Of a stretch of 64,000 nt of DNA, positions 19,446 to 29,622 are shown one piece after another. This stretch comes from Opitutales bacterium. GTDB taxonomy: Bacteria > Verrucomicrobiota > Verrucomicrobiia > Opitutales > PNEW01. Under the pieces are notes generated by a model. That model did no database searches. It had not been told where the DNA came from and worked only from the letters and a program-made list of their open reading frames with translations. Positions within the stretch are counted from its first letter, which is position 1. Every line of letters begins with the position of its first letter. The position numbers were made by a program, and so were the translations under genes. The stretch lies in assembly GCA_965197745.1 (NCBI GenBank), contig CBDANS010000007.1, forward strand, positions 1,952,001 to 2,016,000. Direction: 5' to 3'.

Positions 19446-21268
19446 TGACTGAGTTCCAGACATTTGAACATGATGTCCTGGTAATCGGAGCTGGGGGGGC
19501 GGGGTTGAGAGCTGCGATCGAGGCCTCAGCCAGTGGTGTATCGGTAGGATTGATTTGTAAATCACTACTCGGAAAAGCGCACACCGTAATGGCTGAAGGG
19601 GGCATTGCCGCAGCTTTGGGAAATGTAGATAACCGCGATAACTGGAAGGTTCACTTTTCTGACACAATGCGAGGGGGCCAGTATATAAACAATTGGCGCA
19701 TGGCGGAGCTGCATGCGAGAGAAGCCCCTGAGCGTGTTCGCGAACTGGAGGCATGGGGCGCAGCCTTCGACCGCACGAAGGATGGCCGTATTCTGCAAAG
19801 AAACTTTGGAGGCCATAAATACCCGCGATTAGCGCATGTCGGGGACCGCACAGGATTAGAGATGATACGCACCCTTCAGGACCACGGAATTCACCAGGGG
19901 TTTGAAGTCTACATGGAATATACCGTTCTAAGCCTCCTCCAGGAAGGCGGTCATATTTCTGGCACTGTTGCCTACACCCGTGAACGCGGGCGATTTATCG
20001 TTTTCAAAGCTAAAGCCGTCATCTTAGCCACAGGTGGAATTGGAAAAGCCTATAAAATTTCCAGCAATAGTTGGGAATGTACAGGAGATGGCCATGCCCT
20101 CGCTTATCATGCCGGCGCTGAATTAATTGACATGGAATTTGTCCAATTTCACCCCACTGGTATGGTTTGGCCTCCAAGCGTGAGTGGAATACTCGTTACC
20201 GAAGGCGTTCGGGGCGAAGGCGGCATTCTCCTTAATAATGAAGGGCGGCGTTTCATGTTCGATGAAATCCCCGAAAACTATAAAGCCCAAACCGCAGATA
20301 ATCCTGAGGAAGGTTGGCGCTACACACAGGGTGATAAATCCGCACGCCGCCCGCCGGAGTTGCTTACCCGTGATCACACCGCTCGCTGCATCGTAAAAGA
20401 AATCAAGGAAGGCCGAGGGAGCCCTCACGATGGCGTCTACCTGGACATCTCATGGGTAAAAGAAAAACTCTCCAATTCAAGCGAGCACATAATGAGAAAA
20501 CTTCCCAGCATGTATCATCAATTCAAACAATTGGCCGACATTGATATCACGCAGGAAAAGATGGAAGTCGGGCCCACTACCCATTACGTGATGGGAGGAA
20601 TCCATGTCGATGCGGAATCCCAAAAATCTTCCGTCCCCGGTCTCTTCGCCTGCGGAGAATGCGCAGCAGGAATCAACGGGGCCAATCGTCTTGGGGGTAA
20701 CTCCTTATCAGATCTTCTGGTCCTCGGTAAACGAGCTGGTGAATTCGCCGCAGAATATGCTAAGGAAAATAACCTTGGGGCTATCAACCCCCAAGAGGTA
20801 GAGGTGATTACAAAGCAGGCAGTAGAACCCTTTGAGCGCGAAGTCGGCTCGGAAAATACCGAAAACGCCTATTACATTCAAAATGATCTCCAGGAATTAA
20901 TGCAGAATCTCGTAGGCATTGTGAGAAATGAAGAGGAGATGGTCAGCGCCCTTGAAGGGATCGAAAACCTTTGGCATAGAACGAAACAAACTGCCGTAAG
21001 TGGCAACCGGGATTACAATCCCGGCTGGCACACCGCTCTCGATTTACAAAACCTGCTCACTGTCTCTGAAACGATCACCCGGTCTGCTATCGAACGTAAA
21101 GAAAGCCGTGGGGCTCACTTCCGGGAAGATTATCCCGAAAAAGAGGATGCCTTTAGCAAATTCAACATCGTCGTGCAAAAAGCAGAAGATGGTTCGATGC
21201 GAATCAGCCATAAACCCATTATCGAGATGCCGGATAATCTTAAATTAATTATCGGGGAGATGAAGTAA
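19445..21268 (+). CDS. sdhA: Succinate dehydrogenase/fumarate reductase flavoprotein subunit
   Basis: GAGGAG, KAHTVMAEGG (FAD His), QFHPTG, HYVMGG and GANRLGGNSL motifs; GTG start at 19445. Confidence 0.95.
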   Translation: MTEFQTFEHDVLVIGAGGAGLRAAIEASASGVSVGLICKSLLGKAHTVMAEGGIAAALGNVDNRDNWKVHFSDTMRGGQYINNWRMAELHAREAPERVRELEAWGAAFDRTKDGRILQRNFGGHKYPRLAHVGDRTGLEMIRTLQDHGIHQGFEVYMEYTVLSLLQEGGHISGTVAYTRERGRFIVFKAKAVILATGGIGKAYKISSNSWECTGDGHALAYHAGAELIDMEFVQFHPTGMVWPPSVSGILVTEGVRGEGGILLNNEGRRFMFDEIPENYKAQTADNPEEGWRYTQGDKSARRPPELLTRDHTARCIVKEIKEGRGSPHDGVYLDISWVKEKLSNSSEHIMRKLPSMYHQFKQLADIDITQEKMEVGPTTHYVMGGIHVDAESQKSSVPGLFACGECAAGINGANRLGGNSLSDLLVLGKRAGEFAAEYAKENNLGAINPQEVEVITKQAVEPFEREVGSENTENAYYIQNDLQELMQNLVGIVRNEEEMVSALEGIENLWHRTKQTAVSGNRDYNPGWHTALDLQNLLTVSETITRSAIERKESRGAHFREDYPEKEDAFSKFNIVVQKAEDGSMRISHKPIIEMPDNLKLIIGEMK

Positions 21269-21270
21269 TC

Positions 21271-22011
21271 TTGAAAGCAACCTTCAGCATCTGGCGCGGA
21301 GACAAAAGTGGTGGTAAGTTTATCGACTACGAAACTGTGATCTCAGAAGGGATGGTCGTTCTCGATGCTATTCATCAAATCCAGGCAGAACATGCCAATG
21401 ATCTCGCCTGTCGCTGGAATTGCAAAGCCGGTAAATGCGGGTCATGTTCTGCTGAAGTTAACGGCATGCCAAAGTTGATGTGTATGACACGACTTAATGA
21501 TGTCCCCCTCGATAAACCCGTTACTGTTGAACCGATGAAAGCCTTTCCCTTAATAAAAGATTTGATCACTGATGTGTCATGGAATTTTCAGGTGAAAAAA
21601 AGTATAAGAAAATTTAAACCCCGCTCCCCTGATGATGCGGATGGCACGTGGCGTGTTGCGCAAGAAAACATTGACCGCGTACAGGAGTTTCGCAAATGTA
21701 TCGAATGCTTTCTTTGCCAGGATGTATGTCATGTCTTGCGAGAGCATACCCTGCACGATGAGTTTATTGGCCCACGAGCCCTTGTCTACGTGGCTGCTCT
21801 TGAAATGCATCCGCTGGATACCGAAAAGAGAACTGAGGAGTTAAAAAAAGCTCATGGTATCGGTTACTGTAATATCACAAAATGCTGCACCCATGTCTGT
21901 CCTGAAGAAATAACAATTACCGACAATGCCATCATTCCCCTCAAAGAACGTGTGGTCGATGAATTTTATGATCCAATCACCCGTTTTTTGAGTCGCTTCA
22001 GGTCTGAATAA
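21271..22011 (+). CDS. sdhB: Succinate dehydrogenase iron-sulfur subunit
   Basis: CKAGKCGSC, CIECFLCQDVC and CNITKCCTHVCP cluster motifs. Confidence 0.95.
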   Translation: MKATFSIWRGDKSGGKFIDYETVISEGMVVLDAIHQIQAEHANDLACRWNCKAGKCGSCSAEVNGMPKLMCMTRLNDVPLDKPVTVEPMKAFPLIKDLITDVSWNFQVKKSIRKFKPRSPDDADGTWRVAQENIDRVQEFRKCIECFLCQDVCHVLREHTLHDEFIGPRALVYVAALEMHPLDTEKRTEELKKAHGIGYCNITKCCTHVCPEEITITDNAIIPLKERVVDEFYDPITRFLSRFRSE

Positions 22012-22029
22012 TCAATATATATAAACCCG

Positions 22030-22533
22030 ATGTCAGCGTTAAAGCTAAAACCAATAAGTAGAGATTCTATTCCCTCCGCATTAAAAAAAGTAACGCGGTA
22101 TCGCTTGCTCAATGAATCAGTTGCCGCAGAAAGTATTTGCCTCGATGTTTTAGAAATTGAACCCGAAAATCAAGAGGCGTTGATTCTTCTCTTACTGGCA
22201 ATGACCGATCAATATCTTGAGGGATACAATGTCAGTAAAAAACGCATTCAAGAAGTCCTTGACCGCATAAGCGACAACTATGAACGCAACTATTACGCGG
22301 GGATTGCTTGTGAAAAACGCGCCAAGGCACAGCTTGATAAAAATTCTCCCGGTTCAAATTTTGTCGCATATGATTTATTTCACGACGCCATGGATTGGTA
22401 TGATAAAGCCGAACCGCTGCGCCCCACCGGGAACGATGATGCTGTCCTTCGCTGGAACACCTGTGCCCGTTTAATTATGCGCCATAAACTCGTCCCCAAA
22501 ACGGAAGAAAAGATTATAACCCTTTTAGAATAA
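22030..22533 (+). CDS. Hypothetical helical (TPR-like) protein, likely co-transcribed with sdh
   Basis: 167-aa ORF 18 bp after sdhB; AESICLDVL and LRWNTCAR motifs. Confidence 0.7.
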   Translation: MSALKLKPISRDSIPSALKKVTRYRLLNESVAAESICLDVLEIEPENQEALILLLLAMTDQYLEGYNVSKKRIQEVLDRISDNYERNYYAGIACEKRAKAQLDKNSPGSNFVAYDLFHDAMDWYDKAEPLRPTGNDDAVLRWNTCARLIMRHKLVPKTEEKIITLLE

Positions 22534-22873
22534 AAGGGTTACGCTGTAAACGAATAGCTAATCTCCCGATCCCCCGAACACTATTCTACAGCCATAAACT
22601 TTATCTTATGGGGTGCAGAGAGAAAGGCATTAATGTACCCCATGATGTCTCTCCCACAAGGTGACAGCGGAAGCGAAGCTTGGCCATCCAGAGAACTTTG
22701 GTAAAACCTGTGGTATGAATTAATGAAGGTTCGGCCACACCATAATCACACACTTCTACTTAGCTGCCCACTATAAATAAACAAACTCCGGATTTTCATT
22801 CGCTATAGCTGACCCCCAAATCTTCACCTTCAAGGTTATCGCTTACCGCCAGATATGACATATCGCTTATGCC

Positions 22874-23152
22874 TTACTTCATGCTAAATCCATTTAGCTC
22901 TGCAGGACGATGCGCATTCCTTTTTTCTACATCTCTAATAAACACATCCATCTGGTCTATAATTTCAGCGATAAACTTTTCAACCTCCATTTCACTCCCC
23001 TCAGCTTCAAGTAAAACACGTCCATCGGGAAGATTTTCAACGAAGCCACAGACTTCAAATTCACGGGCACTTTTAATACATTGATAGCGAAATCCCACCC
23101 CCTGTACTTTACCCTTAAAATATACACGACAATGAAAAACGTCCATATTCAT
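22874..23152 (-). CDS. acyP: Acylphosphatase
   Basis: GKVQGVGFR and GFVENLPDGRV signatures; start uncertain. Confidence 0.92.
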   Translation of the reverse strand: MNMDVFHCRVYFKGKVQGVGFRYQCIKSAREFEVCGFVENLPDGRVLLEAEGSEMEVEKFIAEIIDQMDVFIRDVEKRNAHRPAELNGFSMK

Positions 23153-23326
23153 TGGTGCAAAGAGAGTTACCTTCTTATTAACAAAAGGCCAAACAATTTT
23201 CACTTGACGGGCTTAGACCTTTTTCATGCCATACGTGCAGCAATTAGAAAAGCGTTTGTCACCTGCTTTTGATCAATTTTTTAAACATTAACATAAGGTT
23301 CCTGGAACCTGAGGCCGATAAGACCT

Positions 23327-24040
23327 ATGAGCAACTTTGATTTTGAAAATTACTCGGAAGGTGAATGGGAAGATCGCGGTGAAACTGTGTGGAGCGAATT
23401 CGATTGGCAGCAATACCTCCAACAAAACGACCGGGATATCGAGAAGTTTCGTTCCTGTTATGATAAGGTTAAAAAAAAATCTGATCCAGTAACCGAGGCC
23501 GCTTCTTTAATGGGATGGGACCTTGAAGACTGGTCACACATCGATCTTACTTACGATGACCCCAATAATGGCTTGGGTGATATCAGCGGAAAAATGCGTG
23601 AAGATGAAGAATCAGAATATGATGACCTGGATCCCTATACTCTACATAGACACCCTGTTTTCATCGTTACACGAGGGCTTCACCTCGACTTGAAAAAAAA
23701 CTGGGAAGCATACATGAAACAATATCCCCGTGCATTCAGCCCGGATTTATCCTGGCAATACAGCAATGCCATTCATCACGGGGAAATAAATGCAGTCCTT
23801 TCAATCCAGGCAATTGACATGGGAGATTACTCACTCGCGATCTGTCTTCTCAAATCAGCCTTAAGCGCTCTCAATCAGTTGATTAGCATAATTCAGCAGT
23901 TGCCGGATAACAGTCCTGAAGTAGCAGCATATTTTAAAAAAGATTCTTTAAAACGCCTTTTTGATTTACGTGAAGTGTGGTTGCGAATGATGAGCGAGTG
24001 TCGTGAAGAATTGCAGCGTCGTTACCAGGACGGGGAATAG
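23327..24040 (+). CDS. Hypothetical protein with acidic, Trp-rich N-terminus
   Basis: 237-aa ORF with ATG start; followed 11 bp later by the next gene. Confidence 0.7.
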   Translation: MSNFDFENYSEGEWEDRGETVWSEFDWQQYLQQNDRDIEKFRSCYDKVKKKSDPVTEAASLMGWDLEDWSHIDLTYDDPNNGLGDISGKMREDEESEYDDLDPYTLHRHPVFIVTRGLHLDLKKNWEAYMKQYPRAFSPDLSWQYSNAIHHGEINAVLSIQAIDMGDYSLAICLLKSALSALNQLISIIQQLPDNSPEVAAYFKKDSLKRLFDLREVWLRMMSECREELQRRYQDGE

Positions 24041-24051
24041 TTGTCTTAGTC

Positions 24052-24867
24052 ATGTCACTCTGGAAAGAAATTCGTCAGCTTTTATCGCGCAATGCGCATC
24101 CTCGACCGACTCTTCGCAAGCAGTTGCGCCTAGCGGCACGAGGTGACCAGACCGCCTACCTCCATCTCGTAGACCATTATTTGAACTTCACCACTGAGTA
24201 CATTTACCTCAATGGGGTAACTCCTCCCTCAGAAGTTTACAGCCAATCGATAAAATTGTTTTTTACTCTCTGGGAACGACTGCCTTTTACTTCACGATTA
24301 TCTGATTTTGAGCGAATGCTTGCACTTTCCCTGATTAAGGAGAAATCAACTTTGGCCATTCCGAAAAGCGCTTTGGACGGGAATATAATGAAGACCTTAC
24401 CCCTTTTTCGATTTTTACTTATTACCCATGAAATGGAAAACTGGCAACATCATTGGATAGGTCTGGCCTGTCGATTGAAAAGAAAAGATTTAGAGGATCG
24501 TCTATTGTCGATGCGTTGTGAATTTTGTGGGATCAATGCTACCTTGCTGGAAGAGGATGAAAAACATTGCCTCGAAGCAATTGTCCGAGATTTGGACTCC
24601 GCTATCGCCCTCAAAGAGCGGGCTGCCCTCTGCAAAAAAATCAAGCGCTATCCCAAAATAAAAAATTTTAAATCTGATTGGCTCAACCTCAGATGTGAGA
24701 TCGTCGAGCTTCGGCAGGAAATTAGATTATCCAATGAGGATCGTGATCGATTTTTAATGGAACTCGGAAATAACCTGCATTCAGCAAAAATACTCCAGCC
24801 TCAGTGGGTTGAACGCATGTTTAACAGCATCCATTTCGAGAGCTTTCCCGATGTCAGAGCTGGCTGA
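24052..24867 (+). CDS. Hypothetical protein, possibly a degenerate ECF sigma-like protein
   Basis: AARGDQTAYLHLVDHY resembles the ECF region-2 start; the rest is divergent. Confidence 0.45.
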   Translation: MSLWKEIRQLLSRNAHPRPTLRKQLRLAARGDQTAYLHLVDHYLNFTTEYIYLNGVTPPSEVYSQSIKLFFTLWERLPFTSRLSDFERMLALSLIKEKSTLAIPKSALDGNIMKTLPLFRFLLITHEMENWQHHWIGLACRLKRKDLEDRLLSMRCEFCGINATLLEEDEKHCLEAIVRDLDSAIALKERAALCKKIKRYPKIKNFKSDWLNLRCEIVELRQEIRLSNEDRDRFLMELGNNLHSAKILQPQWVERMFNSIHFESFPDVRAG

Positions 24868-25027
24868 TTTTCAGCGATAAAGCAGTCTGTTCACTGATAC
24901 CGCTTATCATATTCAGTAATCTACTTATTGGCGATTTCAAATAAGCCTTCCGCTATAGGCTTTTCTTGAAATAATAAATCATTTATGCCTCCAAGAGCGA
25001 TTGATTAGGGACCCTGCGGCTTATCCC

Positions 25028-26482
25028 CTAATCGCTACTTTGAAGTGGCTTCAGCTTCCTCGCCATCTCCTGACGCAGGTCTTTAATTTGATTTTCGTAA
25101 TTCTCACGCGTTCTCGCGAGATTTGTGGATAAGTTTTCGTAGATACGCCGGTTCGACTCATGAAGCTGCCGTTCCGCCTCTTTACACAGCGCATCGATTT
25201 TACTTTCTTGCAGCGCTTCTGTTTCCTTTACTTTGGATGACAACTCCCTTCTCAATGTCTGTGCCTGTTGTCTCGCATACTCTTTCAGGGAATCATATCC
25301 GTTATCGCTATTGCCGTGCTTATAAGTCCGGAGTCGGGACATTCCACTTGCTAAATTATCCTGCATGTGCCGGTTCGATTCATGAATACGCTTCTCCGCT
25401 TCTTTACGTAAATCTTCAATTTTAGTGTTTTGTACTTTTCCAGCTTCTATAATACTCGCTGATAATTCTTTTTTTATGACTCGCGTCTGTTCTTTTGTAA
25501 ATTCTCTCAATGCCTCAATCTCTTTATCTTCGAGATTTCGAGATCCCGCGCTCACGGTTGCAATATTTTCCTTTAAGCGGCGCATACTTTCAGCAAGTTT
25601 TCGGGCATAATCATGGCGGATATTTTCTAACTTTTTATCCTGAACACGGTTCATCTGTTCGATGACTTGCAAAAGCTCATTCCGCATTCTCTTATCACCT
25701 GTATCCAACTTTTCCGCCGTTGTATTTCTTAACTGTTCACATTCAGCAATCAACCGATGTTCCGTTTTTTCCAGAATTTCTCGGGTGATTCTCTCGCTGC
25801 GGCTCTCCATCTTTCCAGTAATAGACGAGGCCATTAAATTTAAAGCCCGGTGATTTTCTCGGCGTATGTGATCTTCATGTTCCCTTAAGTCTTTAATCCC
25901 TACCCCATATTCCTCCTGTTTTTTAGAGACAGCGTATACCGCTTGCAATCTTGTATCTAACTCCTTGATCGTTTGATTTATATAAGTGTCTAACCGCTGG
26001 CGCAATTGACTATTGGTCTCTTCCAGGTGCTGGGTTGATTGACGGCGAAAATTATCCACACTGCTGGCAAACATACGCCGCGTAGATTTTGTTATACTCT
26101 CTCTCTCCGTCTGCACTTTTCTGCTAATATCATTAATCTCTCTTCGGCTTTCCAGACGATGTTCGTTTAATCTCAAATTAAATGCTTCCTCAATATTCTC
26201 TACCGCTTCCTCAAATCCATGATGAAAGTGATAGCCCTGGGCCCGCTGATCATCGTCATAGCGCCGTCTCTCCGTCATTATTTGTTTTTCAAAGAGCTGA
26301 ATGGTCCTGGCTGTTGTATAGATCAAGAGAAAAACGGCTATGGCTGCGCCACCCGCCATATAGGCCCAGTTATACCGTATATCAAGTAGAGACATGCTCA
26401 GGAGCACAGGCACCGAGAAGGCAAAAATATACGCCCATGCGGGAAATAAATCCGCTAAATAAACAGAGATCTTCTTATTCAT
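25028..26482 (-). CDS. Membrane-anchored (2 TM) long coiled-coil protein, copy B2
   Basis: MNKKISVYLAD start, two hydrophobic segments, then a charged helical region with ~70-aa internal repeats. Confidence 0.75.
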   Translation of the reverse strand: MNKKISVYLADLFPAWAYIFAFSVPVLLSMSLLDIRYNWAYMAGGAAIAVFLLIYTTARTIQLFEKQIMTERRRYDDDQRAQGYHFHHGFEEAVENIEEAFNLRLNEHRLESRREINDISRKVQTERESITKSTRRMFASSVDNFRRQSTQHLEETNSQLRQRLDTYINQTIKELDTRLQAVYAVSKKQEEYGVGIKDLREHEDHIRRENHRALNLMASSITGKMESRSERITREILEKTEHRLIAECEQLRNTTAEKLDTGDKRMRNELLQVIEQMNRVQDKKLENIRHDYARKLAESMRRLKENIATVSAGSRNLEDKEIEALREFTKEQTRVIKKELSASIIEAGKVQNTKIEDLRKEAEKRIHESNRHMQDNLASGMSRLRTYKHGNSDNGYDSLKEYARQQAQTLRRELSSKVKETEALQESKIDALCKEAERQLHESNRRIYENLSTNLARTRENYENQIKDLRQEMARKLKPLQSSD

Positions 26483-27296
26483 TAATATAAAGTATTTTAC
26501 CCAGCAGGAATGGCTTGCAGAGTGACCCATGGGTCACCGCCACCCATTTTTTATTTTCCAATTGTGCTTCTATGGTTATGGCCGTAGTTCCTTGCGAAAT
26601 CTTCAATGAGAATTCAAATCCGGAATGGAGAATCTCATCCTCCTGCTCAAACATATAATCTAATTCTCTTCTTTCGATAAAAAATCGGCTGTCAAATAAT
26701 TCTTCGTCAATTTTGCAACGTAAGTTTCGAATCTTAGAACGATCTTTTGAAAAGCACCACCCGCGCAAACGGGTATTATTTCCGTTGGATTTATAATTCT
26801 CCGGCTCATCTATTTGAAAACAAAATCCGTGATTTACTCGATAGCTTCTCCCATTTTCAGTTTTATTTATAATACTGCTGCCCCCCATCTCTTCGGGGTT
26901 CATAAAAGCGATTTCTACAATGGCGAGCCATTCGTCAGTATCTGCTTTTTGGGCTTCGAGGATAAATGTCGATTTGTCACTGGAGGTGGGTACCGAGACA
27001 TCAAAACCTGAATGGATAATCGCTAATTCTTCTCCGAGCACTAACAATTCGGACCTTTTAATCCCGTAGTTACCATTGTATTCAGAGTCAGATGTTCGGT
27101 AACGGATTGCCGATACTTCGGTTAAGTTTTTATCAAAGCACCACCCGCTAATATTTACTATCCCCTCTTTAAGGGTTGATCTACGCACCCATTCAATCTC
27201 GAAAATGAAATCGTTATCTCCTTCGTACCCGATGCCTTTTGGAGTCATCGGTACATTCGGGCTTAACCTGGGTAACAATATATCTTCACCATGCAT
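26475..27296 (-). CDS. Hypothetical protein with two GWCF/HSGF beta-rich repeats, copy A2
   Basis: Two repeats of F-x-I...GWCF...R-x-EL...HSGF...EAQ...W. Confidence 0.75.
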   Translation of the reverse strand: MHGEDILLPRLSPNVPMTPKGIGYEGDNDFIFEIEWVRRSTLKEGIVNISGWCFDKNLTEVSAIRYRTSDSEYNGNYGIKRSELLVLGEELAIIHSGFDVSVPTSSDKSTFILEAQKADTDEWLAIVEIAFMNPEEMGGSSIINKTENGRSYRVNHGFCFQIDEPENYKSNGNNTRLRGWCFSKDRSKIRNLRCKIDEELFDSRFFIERRELDYMFEQEDEILHSGFEFSLKISQGTTAITIEAQLENKKWVAVTHGSLCKPFLLGKILYINE

Positions 27297-27469
27297 GAGA
27301 GCAACAGATGGAAAACCTCACAGGCTATCATATATAACATTATTATTTCAATGCTTAAATTAAACCATGGATAATTGCACCCTGAGGTCTAAGATAAAAT
27401 AAAGTTATCCTGCCTTTCTTCTCCTTTTTAATCTCTTTTTTGTTATTCTTTTTAAGCCGGTGCTTTTTT

Positions 27470-28465
27470 TCACAGTTGTATTTTTTCTTTTTTTGGAAAG
27501 TTTCGTCTTTTTACTCTTAGCTCCAGTTTTTTTGGAGATTGTTTTTTTCCCGCTTTTTTTAATCTTTGTTTTCTTTTTTTGGCGCTGACTCCGCTCTTTA
27601 ATCTCTTCTCTTCTTTCAGGACCATGTCTTCATTTATTTTTTTCTGCAGCTCATTTAGCTTAGTATTCTGCTCGGCAGTGGCATTATCAATGGCCGTTTG
27701 GATCTCCGCATGAAAAATACTTTCAGATACTTCAAGATCTTTTTTCGACAAAGTCCCTTCAAATTTTTCCTGGGTCCCTGCCAGGAATGATTTTAATTGT
27801 TCGTCATACTTTTGTAGTCTTCTTTTATAAGTTGATTCTAAATCTTTTCGCGTTGAAACCAGTTTCTTTTCCCAGAGTTTACTCATATCATTATTCTGAC
27901 TCTCAATTTTATGCAGGGAAGCATTGTAAACAGATAATGACTTATCTATTGATTTTTGAAATTTTTTTAGGAGTCGGTCCCCATGATTGGTAAGATCTTT
28001 TTTGAATACTGTTTCCTTAATCTGTTTTTTATTGACCTCATAGAGGGATTTTAGCCTTTCCTCCGCGGTGCCGACCATCGCCCCTATTTCATTATGAAGT
28101 ATTTTCCTCGAAGCTTCATTTTCTTCATTAATTTCCCGCTTGAAATCTTTTAATAGGGCTGAATTTACTGAACAATTTTCTTCTAACAGGCGCTTAAATT
28201 CCTTTCCCAGGTTGTATTCAAAATCTCTTAAATTCTCTTTGTATCGACGGTTTAAAGTTTCGAGCTTAGATCCACGCAGCTGTGTTGCTCTGACCGCAGT
28301 AAAACCAATTAAAAATAAAGTTATTAAAGTTGCGCCAACGACCAATACCCAATCAAAGAGGACACCGGTAAACGCCAGGCCGAAAAGAACCGGAACTGAT
28401 GAGGCTAAAGCTATTATCCAATACGGATAACAATCCGCCAATAGAATTGAAATATTCTTATTCAT
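27470..28465 (-). CDS. Membrane-anchored (2 TM) coiled-coil protein with Lys-rich tail, copy B1
   Basis: MNKNISILLAD start paralogous to B2; coiled coil; basic C-terminus. Confidence 0.75.
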   Translation of the reverse strand: MNKNISILLADCYPYWIIALASSVPVLFGLAFTGVLFDWVLVVGATLITLFLIGFTAVRATQLRGSKLETLNRRYKENLRDFEYNLGKEFKRLLEENCSVNSALLKDFKREINEENEASRKILHNEIGAMVGTAEERLKSLYEVNKKQIKETVFKKDLTNHGDRLLKKFQKSIDKSLSVYNASLHKIESQNNDMSKLWEKKLVSTRKDLESTYKRRLQKYDEQLKSFLAGTQEKFEGTLSKKDLEVSESIFHAEIQTAIDNATAEQNTKLNELQKKINEDMVLKEEKRLKSGVSAKKRKQRLKKAGKKQSPKKLELRVKRRNFPKKEKIQL

Positions 28466-29264
28466 AAGTGAAATGGATTCTCCGAGGAAGTAATGGGCGA
28501 CAGAGTGTTCCCTGCACAACGGTCAACCATTGACCATCATCTACATATGCTTCCAGGGTAATGGGAGTTGTTCCCGGTCGCGGGCTTACCGGTATTTCAA
28601 ACCCTGAATGGAGCATGGTATGGTGTTCGCCGAATAAATCTATCAGTTCTATTCTCTCCAATTTATACCTTCCTTCAATATATGCCCGGTCAGTCCTGCA
28701 ACGAATGCTTTTAATTTCCGCTAACCTATCGGTAAAACACCAGCCTCGCAGGAAATAATCAAGGCCATCCGCTTTAATATTTTCTGATTCATAGAGATTA
28801 AAAAGAAAACCATTTTTTACACGATACTGATCTCCATTAGAATCAATACGCTGGTAAAGTTCCTCAATAGCTTCTTTCCCGAGAGAACTACTGAGCGTGC
28901 CTTCTGTCACTTTCAACCACTTCTCACTATTATTTATTTGGGCTTCCAGAGTAAATCGGAATTCACTCTGTTGCGCAGGTACCATGATTTCAAATCCTGA
29001 GCTGAGAATTCCTTTATTCTCTCCGAACTTCGCAGATTCATTTCGTTCGATACCATAACATCCGATAAATTCCCGGTCTTTTATTTTAATGCGGACATTG
29101 CTCACCTCGTCTAAGTTTTCAGAAAAGAACCACCCGCTGATATAAATGTTGTTATAATCCGTGGAAAAGTTGCGAACTTCATCTATATCGAATCGAAAGC
29201 CATTTTTGCCAACAATCCCTTTTACTATTTTAATATGGGGATTCTCTGTGGTTTCTCCCGCCAT
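28458..29264 (-). CDS. Hypothetical protein with two GW(C/F)F/SGF beta-rich repeats, copy A1
   Basis: Paralogous to 26475..27296 along its length. Confidence 0.75.
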   Translation of the reverse strand: MAGETTENPHIKIVKGIVGKNGFRFDIDEVRNFSTDYNNIYISGWFFSENLDEVSNVRIKIKDREFIGCYGIERNESAKFGENKGILSSGFEIMVPAQQSEFRFTLEAQINNSEKWLKVTEGTLSSSLGKEAIEELYQRIDSNGDQYRVKNGFLFNLYESENIKADGLDYFLRGWCFTDRLAEIKSIRCRTDRAYIEGRYKLERIELIDLFGEHHTMLHSGFEIPVSPRPGTTPITLEAYVDDGQWLTVVQGTLCRPLLPRRIHFTYE

Positions 29265-29622
29265 AATCGAGTGAGAATAATATTTAGAAAGTGCAAATAT
29301 TATTATTACTTATAATCTAAGCAATATTATTTTAGGGTAAATGGTTATATCAAAGAGTAACTCCTTGAGACTTTATTTTATATCACTCTCATTTTATTGA
29401 AAAACTTTAGGAGTGATGAACATTGAAATCCGTGGAACTCCAGGTCCAGTTCTCAAAAATTCTGACTGATCTCATCAATTCACTTTACCTTTCCGCGCAC
29501 ATTAGGTTTAACTATCATAAAATATTATTAATTTATGATAGAACCGATAGGGATTTGAGGATATAATACTGAAGACAATGTTTTAGTATTAAGCACGGAT
29601 TTGGAAAGAGAGGCGCATTGAC

